Shown piece by piece: positions 1 through 9,126 of a DNA stretch of 55,200 nt. Numbering within the stretch: position 1 is the first letter of the stretch; every line of letters begins with the position of its first letter. Location: contig JAFMKU010000008.1 of NCBI GenBank assembly GCA_017852795.1, forward strand, positions 1 through 55,200, given 5' to 3'. The stretch is from Candidatus Neomicrothrix sp. (GTDB lineage Bacteria > Actinomycetota > Acidimicrobiia > Acidimicrobiales > Aldehydirespiratoraceae). The position numbers and the translations under genes were made by a program. Below the pieces are notes generated by a model. The model was not told the origin of the DNA, did no database searches, and saw only the letters and a program-made list of their open reading frames with translations.

Positions 1-1048
1 CACTGGAGTAGTCGGGACCAACCGGTAAACCGTCGATGATCTGATCGAGATACTCGGTCATGCCCATCCCGGTTTTGATGGTGCCGTGGTGTTCGCAGTG
101 GAACGTCGTCATCGCTTCAGTGATACGGGTGACCAGTTGGTTTCCGTCTTGGTCGCGGCGACGGTTTCGCAGCGGGATCAGGGCGTTGATGTCTCCCGTG
201 ATCGAATACTCGGCACCGGTTTCGCTTTTGGCCCAGATGCGAACGGCGGTCTGGTGGTGGAGTTCGTCGTAGTCCGATTCGATCCGGCAGTCGGTCAACA
301 GGTGGTACTGATCGCCTTCGAGCACCATGCCGCTGCGACGAGGTTCGCGCCCAGGGCGACCAATGATCGACACCATCAAGGCGAAACCTTCATCAAAGAT
401 CATCGGGCACCAGCGGTACCAGGAGAGCGCCTGCCAATAGCGAGGACCCCACGACTTGTCCCGAAGGCCGAGTCCGTTCATCTCCCATGCCTCATCGCCA
501 ACTTCGAGGGTGCCGGTTACCCGGGTGTGCTGCTCGTAGTGGGCTTTGGCGAACGAGTTAAGCGGGTCGGTTTCAATGTCGGACCCGTCGGCGTTGACCG
601 GACGGCCGCCGTACATCGGTGAAACCCCGTGGACGTCGAGGCGCACCCGGCAGTTCACCTGCGGGTTGGTGGTGAACGCTTCGCGAGGGTTGGTCATCTG
701 GGCTGGTTCATCGAGCAAGACGACCGGTCCGTCGTAGTTGATGGTCAGATGCTTGAACGGTTCCACGACCGCTATTTCCAAACCCCCGGCGTTCATCTCG
801 GTGTTGTCCACGATCTGAGGTCGGCCGAACATGAACCCAACCCGGCCGTCCGGCAGATAGATGCACACCGACATCTCGGCGTAACCCTCGTTGACTCGGT
901 TCCCCAACCGGAACCAGGCCCCTAGCCCCTGGGCCGCGTCGAACCCGTTGAGATACATCGATTCGTTGTAGTTGGAGGCCGCGTCAGGCTGGTGGGGGTA
1001 TTCATCCTCAGGGTTGAGGACATTGAGAACCGTCGGATCTTCGCTCAT
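1..1048 (-). CDS. Conserved hypothetical protein (tocopherol-cyclase/AttH-like, DUF7064/DUF7065-type); 3' end runs off the window
   Basis: Absent from the ORF track because it has no stop inside the window. ATG at 1048 reads MSEDPTVLNVLNPEDEYPHQPDAASNYNESMYLNGFD...HYEQH...GLRDKSWGPRYW... and stays open to position 1. NESxY, HYEQ and RDxSWGPR are typical motifs of this family. Confidence 0.7.
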   Translation of the reverse strand, partial: MSEDPTVLNVLNPEDEYPHQPDAASNYNESMYLNGFDAAQGLGAWFRLGNRVNEGYAEMSVCIYLPDGRVGFMFGRPQIVDNTEMNAGGLEIAVVEPFKHLTINYDGPVVLLDEPAQMTNPREAFTTNPQVNCRVRLDVHGVSPMYGGRPVNADGSDIETDPLNSFAKAHYEQHTRVTGTLEVGDEAWEMNGLGLRDKSWGPRYWQALSWYRWCPMIFDEGFALMVSIIGRPGREPRRSGMVLEGDQYHLLTDCRIESDYDELHHQTAVRIWAKSETGAEYSITGDINALIPLRNRRRDQDGNQLVTRITEAMTTFHCEHHGTIKTGMGMTEYLDQIIDGLPVGPDYSS

Positions 1049-1221
1049 GGCCTTACCCTGCCTCAGAACGAGGCTGAGCGCTAGCCGCACCCGGGGTTGA
1101 AGCCACCGGATACGACTCCAGCTCGATACGTGGGGAACCGAACCGTCAAGCGGTGATCCACTTCACGAGGTGGCGCGAACCCGGCCGCCCTCTACACTGT
1201 CGATCTGCCCTTCATGGGTGT

Positions 1222-1295
<74 letters not shown>

Positions 1296-1300
1296 CTGGA

Positions 1301-1328
1301 CAAGTCCCCTGCAACCGCGGGGGACTTG
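1301..1328 (+). terminator. Hairpin downstream of tRNA-Arg, probable intrinsic terminator
   Basis: CAAGTCCCC-TGC-AACC-GCG-GGGGACTTG inverted repeat followed by CTGGTTTT. Confidence 0.65.
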
Positions 1329-1435
1329 CTGGTTTTGGGACCTGTTTGGCGACACGGTGGGCGTGACTGTGCCCGGCGCAGGCCCGAGCAGCTCCAAGAC
1401 CAACGGCGACTTCTTAAGAGGTCGGGGCATGAAGC

Positions 1436-1705
1436 TCACCCTCCCTCACCTTCGGCAGCACTTGACGCAATTGGAACTCGTCTCAGCCACAACAAGACCG
1501 GAATCTCGCTAGCAGCGAGCCCGATGGTCAGACCGGGGTCCGGCCAGTAGACCCCCGGCCCGGCAATAACTGCAATAACTGCAGAGGCCACGGCGAGGAG
1601 TGCCAGGCCCGTTAGTTCAGCGAGTAGCCAGCCAACGACAAACCATGGTCAGGACCGTTTCAACGATCGAAGCCACCAAGTAGAAGCCGCCGAAAACCTT
1701 GCTCG
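1436..1705 (-). pseudogene. Possible degraded membrane-protein gene remnant
   Basis: Hydrophobic peptides in two frames (KVFGGFYLVASIVETVLT, then PWFVVGWLLAELTGLALLAVASAVIAVIAG...) that switch frame near 1645. No clean start. Confidence 0.3.
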
Positions 1706-1717
1706 CAGGGCTTCAGC

Positions 1718-2095
1718 TCACCAGCGGGCGAGGTTCCAGGCCCAGGCCAGCGCGAACACGCCGGAAACCAAAACGGGTCGGCGGGCTAACGGGGCCGAGA
1801 CTGCGGTCAACGCTCGATCGATCCGGTCTGGGGCACCAAAGGTCGCCACAACCCGACGCCACCGAAGCAACAGGGTTAGGGCAACCGCCACCAACCCCAG
1901 CGTGATCAGCAGGTTGTGTTCCAGCGCGGCCATCGGGTCGAGCCGTAGGAGATCAAGCATCACCCTGGTGCCCCCACACGCAGGGCATGGCTTTCCGGTA
2001 ACCATCGCGAACACGCAGAAGTTCCCGGTCTGGTCAAGGTCCGGGGCCAGCGTCAGCGCAGCCGGTAACCCCAGCGCAGCTTCAATCAGAACCAC
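1718..2095 (-). CDS. DUF2752-family membrane protein
   Basis: C...GKPCPACGGTR motif, AALEHNLL, hydrophobic helices. Confidence 0.8.
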   Translation of the reverse strand: MVLIEAALGLPAALTLAPDLDQTGNFCVFAMVTGKPCPACGGTRVMLDLLRLDPMAALEHNLLITLGLVAVALTLLLRWRRVVATFGAPDRIDRALTAVSAPLARRPVLVSGVFALAWAWNLARW

Positions 2096-2451
2096 GCCTT
2101 TTCGCCGTGAACATAGGTGGCGTCGAATTCCTGATCGCTCTTGGTGAGATACAAGATCCCCTCAATCAGGCCGATGATCGGACCCGCGATACCGCAGGTA
2201 ACGATGGTGATGAGAATGGTGAGAATCCCGGCCGTGGTGTACCCGAGATAGAACTTGTGAACTCCAAGCCCTCCGAGCACGATCCCAAGCACACCGGCAG
2301 TGACCCGCTTACCTGAGACCTCTCCACCCGCAGGCGCCGGAACCGCTCCCGGAGGCGGAGGGGCCGGTTGGCTGGTTGCGTCTTGAGCGGTGCCGCACGA
2401 CGCGCAGAACTTGGCGTCGCCGATCTCATCTCCACAGTTGGTGCAATGCAT
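2086..2451 (-). CDS. Zinc-ribbon plus TM2-domain membrane protein
   Basis: CTNCG...FCASCG ribbon, Pro-rich linker, TM2 motif AGVLGIVLGGLGVHKFYLG, and IEGILYLTKSDQEF. Confidence 0.88.
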   Translation of the reverse strand: MHCTNCGDEIGDAKFCASCGTAQDATSQPAPPPPGAVPAPAGGEVSGKRVTAGVLGIVLGGLGVHKFYLGYTTAGILTILITIVTCGIAGPIIGLIEGILYLTKSDQEFDATYVHGEKAWF

Positions 2452-2527
2452 TTTGTTTCCTTTCGGTGTTCTTGAGCCAACGAGGCTCTGTTTTCTAAAC
2501 CTGCACGAACGAAATGCTCATCAACCT

Positions 2528-2890
2528 CTATCCATCGGACAGCAGCACCACAGCCGTGATGCCAAGGACATACAGCGCCAGCATCGCCAGGCCGATGTAA
2601 CCAATAACCAAACCTGCAGTGGCGAGGCCGCCACCATCTTCGCCTCGTTCTCGAATCTGGCGCTTCGCGATATGGCCAAAGATGACCGCCAGCGGCGCGC
2701 AGCAGGAGATGGCCAACACCAGCGAAGCAATGGCCATGCCATTTGTCGAACGGGTCGGAGTCTCAACCGGTGTTGCGGTCGGTGTCGCAGCGACTGGACC
2801 AGCGAGCGGCGATCCGCAGGCCGCACAGAAGTTTTCCCCGTGTTCAGCCGTTTTCGAACACTGTGGGCACTGCTGAACCACCATCGACAC
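2528..2890 (-). CDS. Zinc-ribbon plus DUF4190 membrane protein
   Basis: CPQC...FCAACG ribbon; TNGMAIASLV...FGHIAKRQI...GGGLATAGLVIGY is the DUF4190 signature. Confidence 0.85.
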   Translation of the reverse strand: MSMVVQQCPQCSKTAEHGENFCAACGSPLAGPVAATPTATPVETPTRSTNGMAIASLVLAISCCAPLAVIFGHIAKRQIRERGEDGGGLATAGLVIGYIGLAMLALYVLGITAVVLLSDG

Positions 2891-2918
2891 TTCCCCCTTC
2901 AGCCCTCAAGGCTCGCAT

Positions 2919-4004
2919 CTAGTCTGACCGAGCGCAAGGATTCCTTACCGTTCCGGCCACCGCAGGCAACACATCGAGCGGATGCACGACCCCAGCGGCG
3001 GCGTCACACACCGACGGAATGGCGTTGACAATCCGGTTGGCCGCGGTGGCGTTCCCTCCGCCAGCCGCACCCGGTTCGCCCAGTTCGGTGCCGTGCACCT
3101 CAACGGTCAAATTGGGGCGGCCGGTGATCGTGACTGCGTGGAGTCCTTGCCCGGTGTGAGGAAGCGGCCACTCGGGGGCACAGTCATCGTCGATCCGGGT
3201 GATGTGCTCCATGACAATCAACGGTTCCCCGGCAACGATTCCCTGGACTTCGAAACGAAACGCCCCCAGCGTGCCCTGCTCAAAGTCACCCATCCCAGCA
3301 ACCGTCACCGTCCGGTCCAGCGGGCGTTTCTCGACCACGGTCCGGAGTTCGTCCACCGTCACACCGAGACCGTCAGCCACCACCCTCACCACCGGACCCC
3401 ACACCATTTCCAGCGCGAAGTCGTACAGCATCGGTGGGGTGGCTTCCATTGGGCCGCCAAACCCGATCAGGTTCCGGACCGCGTCGGGCTGGTCATAGAG
3501 CGCATAGTTGAAGATCTCACGGCTTCGGATCTCGGTGATGTCGGCACTAACTCCGGCCAAAAACAGCGGGAGGATGTCGCAGATCCACCCTGGGTCAATC
3601 CCCGACGCGAACAGTGAAGTACCACCCTCACGACAGGCTTGGGTAAGCGGGTCCATCAGGTTCGATGGCGCCGACGGTGGGTGGTAAAGCGGGTAGAACG
3701 ACGGCGTGACCACGTTGGTTCCCGACCGCAGGATGTGTTCGACCTCGGCCTGCGATTCGACCGGCCGAAAGTCAGAATTGACGCTGTACACCACGGCGTC
3801 AACGTCGGCACTTTCCGCGAGCGCCACATCGTCGCTGGCGGCCACGCCAACCGGATCGATGCCAGCCAGCAACCCTGCGTCCACCCCGACCTTGTCCGGG
3901 TTAGCAACGATCACGCCAACCAACTCCAGATCCTGATGGGCGGCGACCGCCCGGATCGCTGGCCGGCCCACGTTGCCTGTTCCCCACACCACTACTCGTC
4001 GCAT
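2919..4004 (-). CDS. NAD(P)-dependent amine dehydrogenase / dihydrodipicolinate-reductase-like protein
   Basis: WGTGNVG Rossmann motif and SGIDPGW. Start placed at ATG 4004, which overlaps the upstream stop (TGATG). Confidence 0.8.
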   Translation of the reverse strand: MRRVVVWGTGNVGRPAIRAVAAHQDLELVGVIVANPDKVGVDAGLLAGIDPVGVAASDDVALAESADVDAVVYSVNSDFRPVESQAEVEHILRSGTNVVTPSFYPLYHPPSAPSNLMDPLTQACREGGTSLFASGIDPGWICDILPLFLAGVSADITEIRSREIFNYALYDQPDAVRNLIGFGGPMEATPPMLYDFALEMVWGPVVRVVADGLGVTVDELRTVVEKRPLDRTVTVAGMGDFEQGTLGAFRFEVQGIVAGEPLIVMEHITRIDDDCAPEWPLPHTGQGLHAVTITGRPNLTVEVHGTELGEPGAAGGGNATAANRIVNAIPSVCDAAAGVVHPLDVLPAVAGTVRNPCARSD

Positions 4005-6766
4005 CACGTCTCCCATCGTCGAGTTATTGTCGCCCAGAACCTCGCCCCCCACCAGAGAAACGCCATCATCAGCAGCGATCCACCCGCGAGCACCAGACCC
4101 GTTCTGAGGTGCCGAGGGTGAAACGTCAACTCCACCGTGTGGTCACCGGCCGGGATCTCAACCCCCATGAACGCGGCGTCGCTGCGCACGATCTCCGCTG
4201 GAACCCCGTCGACGGTGGCCTGCCACCCGGGATACTCCACCACCGAAAACACGACCAACGCGGGCACGGTTGACGACACCGAAGCCGACACCTGATCACC
4301 GGCAAACGACGAAGCGTTCACCACAAACTCGGCGTCGGCTACCGGTTGGGTCGGCAAGTCAGTTGCGGTCTGGGTCACCGCAACCGGCCCAGTGCGTTCC
4401 ATCACCCAAGCCGCAGCCTGATCAGCGTCGGGTTCTACCGTCGCCGCGGTAAACACACGAACCGGAGTAGCCGAGGTGCGCTCGGTCAAGATCACGTCAC
4501 CGGTTCGAAGCAGCCGCAGATCATCACCGCCAGTGACAAACCCAACGTTGAGCGAATCGTCAGCACCCCGGGCAACCAGCATGGCGCCAGGGGTCTCGGC
4601 CACCACGCTGACTGTCACTTCGGACCCGACCGGCCACTGCTCGCCCATCACCGCGACCGGCATCTCAAAAGGTCCGAGCCGGGTCCGGGTCCGCTTATCG
4701 GTCACCGTTTCACCATCAACCCGCACCTCGACCAACACCGCGGTCGGCGCCCGGAAATCAACATCGAACAGCACCGCTCTCACTCCGCCGGCGGGCACCA
4801 CCGTGGTGAACTGCTGCGGGTCAGCCGCATCAACGAACAACTGCGGATCTCCCGGGTCGATGCGCTCCCCGGGCGGCGTGCTGATCGGATACTGCGCCCA
4901 GATCCCCACCCCCATCGCATCCCAGATCGGAAGCTCGGCTGGTGTGTTGATCGGGATCGCCGGATAGGTCGGTGTGCCGCCACCACGAGGGTCAAGTACA
5001 TAGTCACCGGCTTGGCGCAGCAGCGCCTGATACCCGTCGGATTTCAGCATCTGACCACGAATGTCATCGATACCGAAACTCGCGGTGGTGTTCGGGAAGA
5101 ACACATACCCTTCGCCACCGAGCCGCAACCCATCGGGCAGCTCGGCGACAACGACCTCATGGGCGGGAGTGGCTCGCAGCCGTTCGTCCGGGTCGACCGT
5201 GGTCGGAACCGCCATCAACAACACCAGCAGTTCAGCCGCAATCACCGAAACCAGCACCAGCCCCGCTCCCATCGGAGACAACCATCGGCGCAACCGGGCC
5301 ACCACCACCGCCAGCACCACCCCCGCGGCCACCGCTGGCACCAGCAACGCTTGCCCGCTTTCTGCCAGCAAACCGCGAGCCGACGCTTCGTGATACCAGT
5401 GCCGAAGCGAAGGAAGCAGCGCCAGCACCGACACCACCGCGATCGTGGCCGCGACCCGCACCGGCCGTCGCAGCGAACCGCTGCGGGTCAGGCTGTCGCC
5501 GGTGTCGCGGTCTTGGCCGGTGAGCTGATCAACCCCGAACCCGGCCAGCAACGCCACCGCCAACGAAATCAGCACCTTGGAACGAGTCATAAGCCCGGCG
5601 GCACCCGGCAGCAGCGATCCCAACGCCACGCCGACCGGGCCACCGATGTAGGCCACCAGCAAACCGAAGCCAAGGAACGCCGCGACCCCTCGGACCGCGG
5701 CTCGAACCCGTCGGTCATCGCTCGACCATCCAGCCGCCATCCCCAACAGCGCCAACAGCAGCGCGGCGGCACCGGTAACGATGTTGAATTCGCTCCAGTT
5801 TCCCGCGCCGAACCAGGCCGGGGCGTTCCCGTCGGATCCCCAAAATCCGGAACCAAACGCGGTCAACAGGTACTCGGGACCGGCCGACGAATCCGGCGAC
5901 CAGGTCCGCTGACTGGTATCGGCCCAGGAGTAGTACTCGCCAAACCCGATCAGGTGCGGGGCTGCCAACCCAAACCCCAGCGCACCCGCGGCAATACCAA
6001 CTCCACCCAACCGGAACAGTGAGCGCTTCGATTCGGGTTCGACCCGGTCGCTTGCCGGAACTGTCCGGAACTGCCAGTCGTGACGCTCGCTGCCCAGCCG
6101 CACCAGCACATACATCAGTGCCCCAATCACGAGGTAGGCCGTGACCTGCGGGAAGTTTGACCAGATCATCAACGCCACCACACCGGCGATCGGAACACTG
6201 CGGCGCCAGCGTGGGTCGCGGATCGCCAACTCAACCGCCCACAGCAACCCGGGGGCCAGCGCCGCCACCGTCGAATGCGGCCAGTTCAACCAGCCCACCA
6301 TGAACCCTGAGAAGGCATACGCCGACCCGGCCGCTACCGCTCCCCAACGGTTGCGGTTCCACGACCGCAGCAAGCCAACCGTCAACAAGAACGCGATCAG
6401 AGCGCGAACCGCCGCCACCAGACCGGGGGCATACCAGGCGGGCACGAGCAGGTAGAGCACGTTGACGAACGGCACCCCACCTTTTAGGAACGGTTGTCCG
6501 CCGGCCAACGTCTCGTTCCACCAAGAAAATTCGCCGTTCACCAAACGGTCCCGCAGCAGCGACCAGTGAGCATGAATGTTGATCGGGTCACCGGGGCCGT
6601 TTTCTGGATCAAAACCCGGCAAAACGTGAGCGTCGAAGGGGGCGTGGGAGGCCACCAGATCGTGGCTGACCAGACTCCCACCACCGATCAGCGCGGGGCC
6701 GAACGCCACCAGGATCAACACGACCCCGAAGAGCCCGACGAGGAGTCGCCTGCTTCGCTCGGTCAT
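4004..6766 (-). CDS. YfhO-family polytopic membrane protein (GT-C-like glycosyltransferase)
   Basis: About 12-14 TM segments, WWNETLAGGQPF, AYAFSGF, and a C-terminal YPGWQATVDG...GVEIPAGDHTVELTF YfhO motif. Start ATG 6766 follows a TAGGGT hexamer. Confidence 0.8.
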   Translation of the reverse strand: MTERSRRLLVGLFGVVLILVAFGPALIGGGSLVSHDLVASHAPFDAHVLPGFDPENGPGDPINIHAHWSLLRDRLVNGEFSWWNETLAGGQPFLKGGVPFVNVLYLLVPAWYAPGLVAAVRALIAFLLTVGLLRSWNRNRWGAVAAGSAYAFSGFMVGWLNWPHSTVAALAPGLLWAVELAIRDPRWRRSVPIAGVVALMIWSNFPQVTAYLVIGALMYVLVRLGSERHDWQFRTVPASDRVEPESKRSLFRLGGVGIAAGALGFGLAAPHLIGFGEYYSWADTSQRTWSPDSSAGPEYLLTAFGSGFWGSDGNAPAWFGAGNWSEFNIVTGAAALLLALLGMAAGWSSDDRRVRAAVRGVAAFLGFGLLVAYIGGPVGVALGSLLPGAAGLMTRSKVLISLAVALLAGFGVDQLTGQDRDTGDSLTRSGSLRRPVRVAATIAVVSVLALLPSLRHWYHEASARGLLAESGQALLVPAVAAGVVLAVVVARLRRWLSPMGAGLVLVSVIAAELLVLLMAVPTTVDPDERLRATPAHEVVVAELPDGLRLGGEGYVFFPNTTASFGIDDIRGQMLKSDGYQALLRQAGDYVLDPRGGGTPTYPAIPINTPAELPIWDAMGVGIWAQYPISTPPGERIDPGDPQLFVDAADPQQFTTVVPAGGVRAVLFDVDFRAPTAVLVEVRVDGETVTDKRTRTRLGPFEMPVAVMGEQWPVGSEVTVSVVAETPGAMLVARGADDSLNVGFVTGGDDLRLLRTGDVILTERTSATPVRVFTAATVEPDADQAAAWVMERTGPVAVTQTATDLPTQPVADAEFVVNASSFAGDQVSASVSSTVPALVVFSVVEYPGWQATVDGVPAEIVRSDAAFMGVEIPAGDHTVELTFHPRHLRTGLVLAGGSLLMMAFLWWGARFWATITRRWET

Positions 6767-6837
6767 AGCCCGAAACCCTAGCCGCTGGGCCGTAGCGACA
6801 ACTTCCACAACCCTGGCGTCCTGACACAAACTCGGCC

Positions 6838-6866
6838 TTGACATTCCATTCGTATGAATGCAATCT
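6838..6866 (+). promoter_or_regulatory. Putative sigma-70 promoter with an operator palindrome for the MarR/kynurenine operon
   Basis: TTGACA (6838-6843), 17 bp spacer, CAATCT (6861-6866). Palindrome CATTC-gtat-GAATG (6847-6860) lies in the spacer. Confidence 0.5.
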
Positions 6867-7331
6867 GGTGCGGTGACCGCCGCGGATCAACCCTTTCTCA
6901 GCACCTACCTTCCCTACCTTCTGCGCCGGGCCGATCAGTCCATCTCGGCCTCGTTCTACGACGTGCTCACCCACCACGGCATCGCCCGATCCGAATGGCG
7001 CGTGCTGGCCGTACTCCACGAATTCGGTCCCCTCCCGGTGCTCGAAGTAGCCGACGCGGCCCTCAGTCCCCAACCCACCGTCACGCACGCGCTGCGACGC
7101 CTCGAACAACGAGGATTGGTTACTCGCACCGACAGCGAAACCGACCGGCGGCAACGCATCGTCACCATTACCGAACAAGGCTTCCAGATCACCCAAACCC
7201 TCATCGACGAAGCACGCGACCTTGCCCATCGGGTGCTGGCCGATATCCCGGGTCTCGATGACCTAGCCGCCCAACTGCGGACCCTGACCGACACGGTCAA
7301 GCACCGCGCCGAACTTCAGACGAGGAACTGA
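6858..7331 (+). CDS. MarR-family transcriptional regulator (true start may be GTG 6873)
   Basis: YLPYLL...EWRVLAVL...QPTVTHALRRLEQRGLVTR...DRRQRIVTITEQG winged-helix motifs. The stop overlaps the next start. Confidence 0.92.
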   Translation: MQSGAVTAADQPFLSTYLPYLLRRADQSISASFYDVLTHHGIARSEWRVLAVLHEFGPLPVLEVADAALSPQPTVTHALRRLEQRGLVTRTDSETDRRQRIVTITEQGFQITQTLIDEARDLAHRVLADIPGLDDLAAQLRTLTDTVKHRAELQTRN

Positions 7332-7888
7332 TGCCCGAGTACGACCCGAGCAGCCCCCACGACCGCCGACCGTTCGACCTTCACGGCTGGATCGACGCAC
7401 ACCGAGACGAACTGACCCCTCCGGTGTCCAACAAGCAGGTGTGGCGACAGGCCGACATGATCGTGATGATTGTCGGTGGCGGCAACCAGCGAAACGATTT
7501 CCACATCGACCCTCGAGAAGAATTCTTCTATCAGCTCCGAGGAGACATGGACCTGTGGATCTGGCCCGAACACGGCACCGCCCCCTACAAGATGCCGATC
7601 CGGGAAGGCGAGGTGTATCTGCTGCCCCCCAACCTCCGCCATTCTCCCCAACGGCCCGACCCGGACTCGGTTGGTTTGGTCGTTGAGTATCAGCGAAACC
7701 AAGGAGAGCTCGACGCGTTCGAATGGGCCTGCCCCGAATGTGCTGGCCTCGTGCATCGGGTCGAAGTTCAGGTGCAGGCCATCGACCAAGACCTCCCACC
7801 GTTGTTCGCCGCGTTTCACGCCGACACCGCGGCTCGCACCTGTCCGAACTGCGACACCCTCCATCCGGGACGGGAGGGCCGGCTGTGA
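7331..7888 (+). CDS. nbaC: 3-hydroxyanthranilate 3,4-dioxygenase
   Basis: PPVSNK, VGGGNQRNDFH, EEFFYQ, HSPQR and the rubredoxin-like CPEC/CPNC site. Confidence 0.95.
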   Translation: MPEYDPSSPHDRRPFDLHGWIDAHRDELTPPVSNKQVWRQADMIVMIVGGGNQRNDFHIDPREEFFYQLRGDMDLWIWPEHGTAPYKMPIREGEVYLLPPNLRHSPQRPDPDSVGLVVEYQRNQGELDAFEWACPECAGLVHRVEVQVQAIDQDLPPLFAAFHADTAARTCPNCDTLHPGREGRL

Positions 7889-9126
7889 CCGTGCTGCGCG
7901 CCGACCAACTCGACGCCGACGACCCGCTTGCCGGTTTCCGGCAAGAATTTGAGCTGCCCACCGGCATCTATCTGGTCGGCAATTCGTTAGGGGCGTTGCC
8001 ACGAACCGCTCGCAGCTACCTCAACACCGAGCTCGACCGTTGGTCCACGCTCGGTGCTGAAGGCCACTTCACCGGAAACTTGGCGTGGCGCGACTACCAC
8101 GAACTGCTCACCGACCAGTTGGCGACGCTGGTCGGGGCCCGGCCGGTTGAGGTCGTGGCCATGAACGCCTTGACCGTCAACCTTCACCTGCTCATGGTCA
8201 GCTTCTACCAACCCCGCGCTGACCGTCACAAGATCCTGATCGAAGACCACGCCTTCCCTTCGGACCATTTCGCAGTCGAGTCACAAATCCGCCAGCGCGG
8301 TTACGACCCTGCCCAATCGCTCATCACCATCGGCCCTCGGCCCGGTGAGGAAACTCTCCGAGAAGAAGACATTCTGGCCGCCATCGCCGAACACGGCGAC
8401 TCGCTGGCAATGGTGCTCCTGCCCGGCGTCCAGTACTTCACCGGGCAGGTCCTACCGATGCGGGCCATCACCGACGCCGGACACGCTGTGGGGGCGGTTG
8501 TCGGTTTCGATCTCGCTCACGCGGTCGGCAACATCCCGCTGGAACTCCACGAATGGGGAGTCGACTTCGCGGCCTGGTGCACCTACAAGTACCTCAACAG
8601 CGGCCCCGGATCGGTCGGTGCGGCCTACGTGCACGAACGCCACGTCGCCGACCCAGACCTTCCCCGGTTCTTGGGATGGTGGGGCACCGCCACCGCGACC
8701 CGCTTCAAGATGGACACCACCTTCGAACCCATCCCCACCGTCGAAGCCTGGCAGGTGTCCAACGCCCCGGTGCTGCCCATGGCGGTGCTGCGGGCCTCGC
8801 TGGACTTGTTCGAAGCCGCCGGCGGCATGGTCCCCCTCCGAGCCAAATCCGAAAAACAGATCGCTTTCCTTGACCACCTTCTGGCGCAACGGTTGGGGTC
8901 GCGGATCACCAGCATCACCCCAACCGCGGCGGCCGATCGCGGCTGCCAAGTGGCGCTGCGAGTCACCGCCGGCGACGGGCGGCGGGTATTTCGCGAACTT
9001 CAGAACGCCAACGTGCACTGCGACTGGCGCGAACCCGATGTCATCCGGGCCGCCCCCGTTCCTCTCTACAACACGTTCGCCGACATCGAACAGTTCATCG
9101 ACATCCTCGACGAGGTCACCCAATGA
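7885..9126 (+). CDS. kynU: Kynureninase
   Basis: YLVGNSLG, LTVNLHL, AFPSD, DLAHAVGN, WCTYKYLNSGPG (PLP Lys), DWREPDVIR. GTG start overlaps the nbaC stop. Confidence 0.96.
   Translation: MTVLRADQLDADDPLAGFRQEFELPTGIYLVGNSLGALPRTARSYLNTELDRWSTLGAEGHFTGNLAWRDYHELLTDQLATLVGARPVEVVAMNALTVNLHLLMVSFYQPRADRHKILIEDHAFPSDHFAVESQIRQRGYDPAQSLITIGPRPGEETLREEDILAAIAEHGDSLAMVLLPGVQYFTGQVLPMRAITDAGHAVGAVVGFDLAHAVGNIPLELHEWGVDFAAWCTYKYLNSGPGSVGAAYVHERHVADPDLPRFLGWWGTATATRFKMDTTFEPIPTVEAWQVSNAPVLPMAVLRASLDLFEAAGGMVPLRAKSEKQIAFLDHLLAQRLGSRITSITPTAAADRGCQVALRVTAGDGRRVFRELQNANVHCDWREPDVIRAAPVPLYNTFADIEQFIDILDEVTQ

Noticed and set aside
1436-1720. UGA readthrough extending DUF2752 (downstream frame open apart from one more TGA)
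   Set aside because: Neither TGA lies in a redox motif, no SECIS-like hairpin was seen, and DUF2752 ends at its expected length. The shared frame is plausibly chance.
4346-6022. Long antisense or alternative-frame ORFs (for example 4346-6022, 19811-20890, 33105-34046, 43662-44528)
   Set aside because: These are shadow ORFs of real genes, expected in GC-rich DNA. The translations are Arg/His/Gln-rich with no recognisable motifs.
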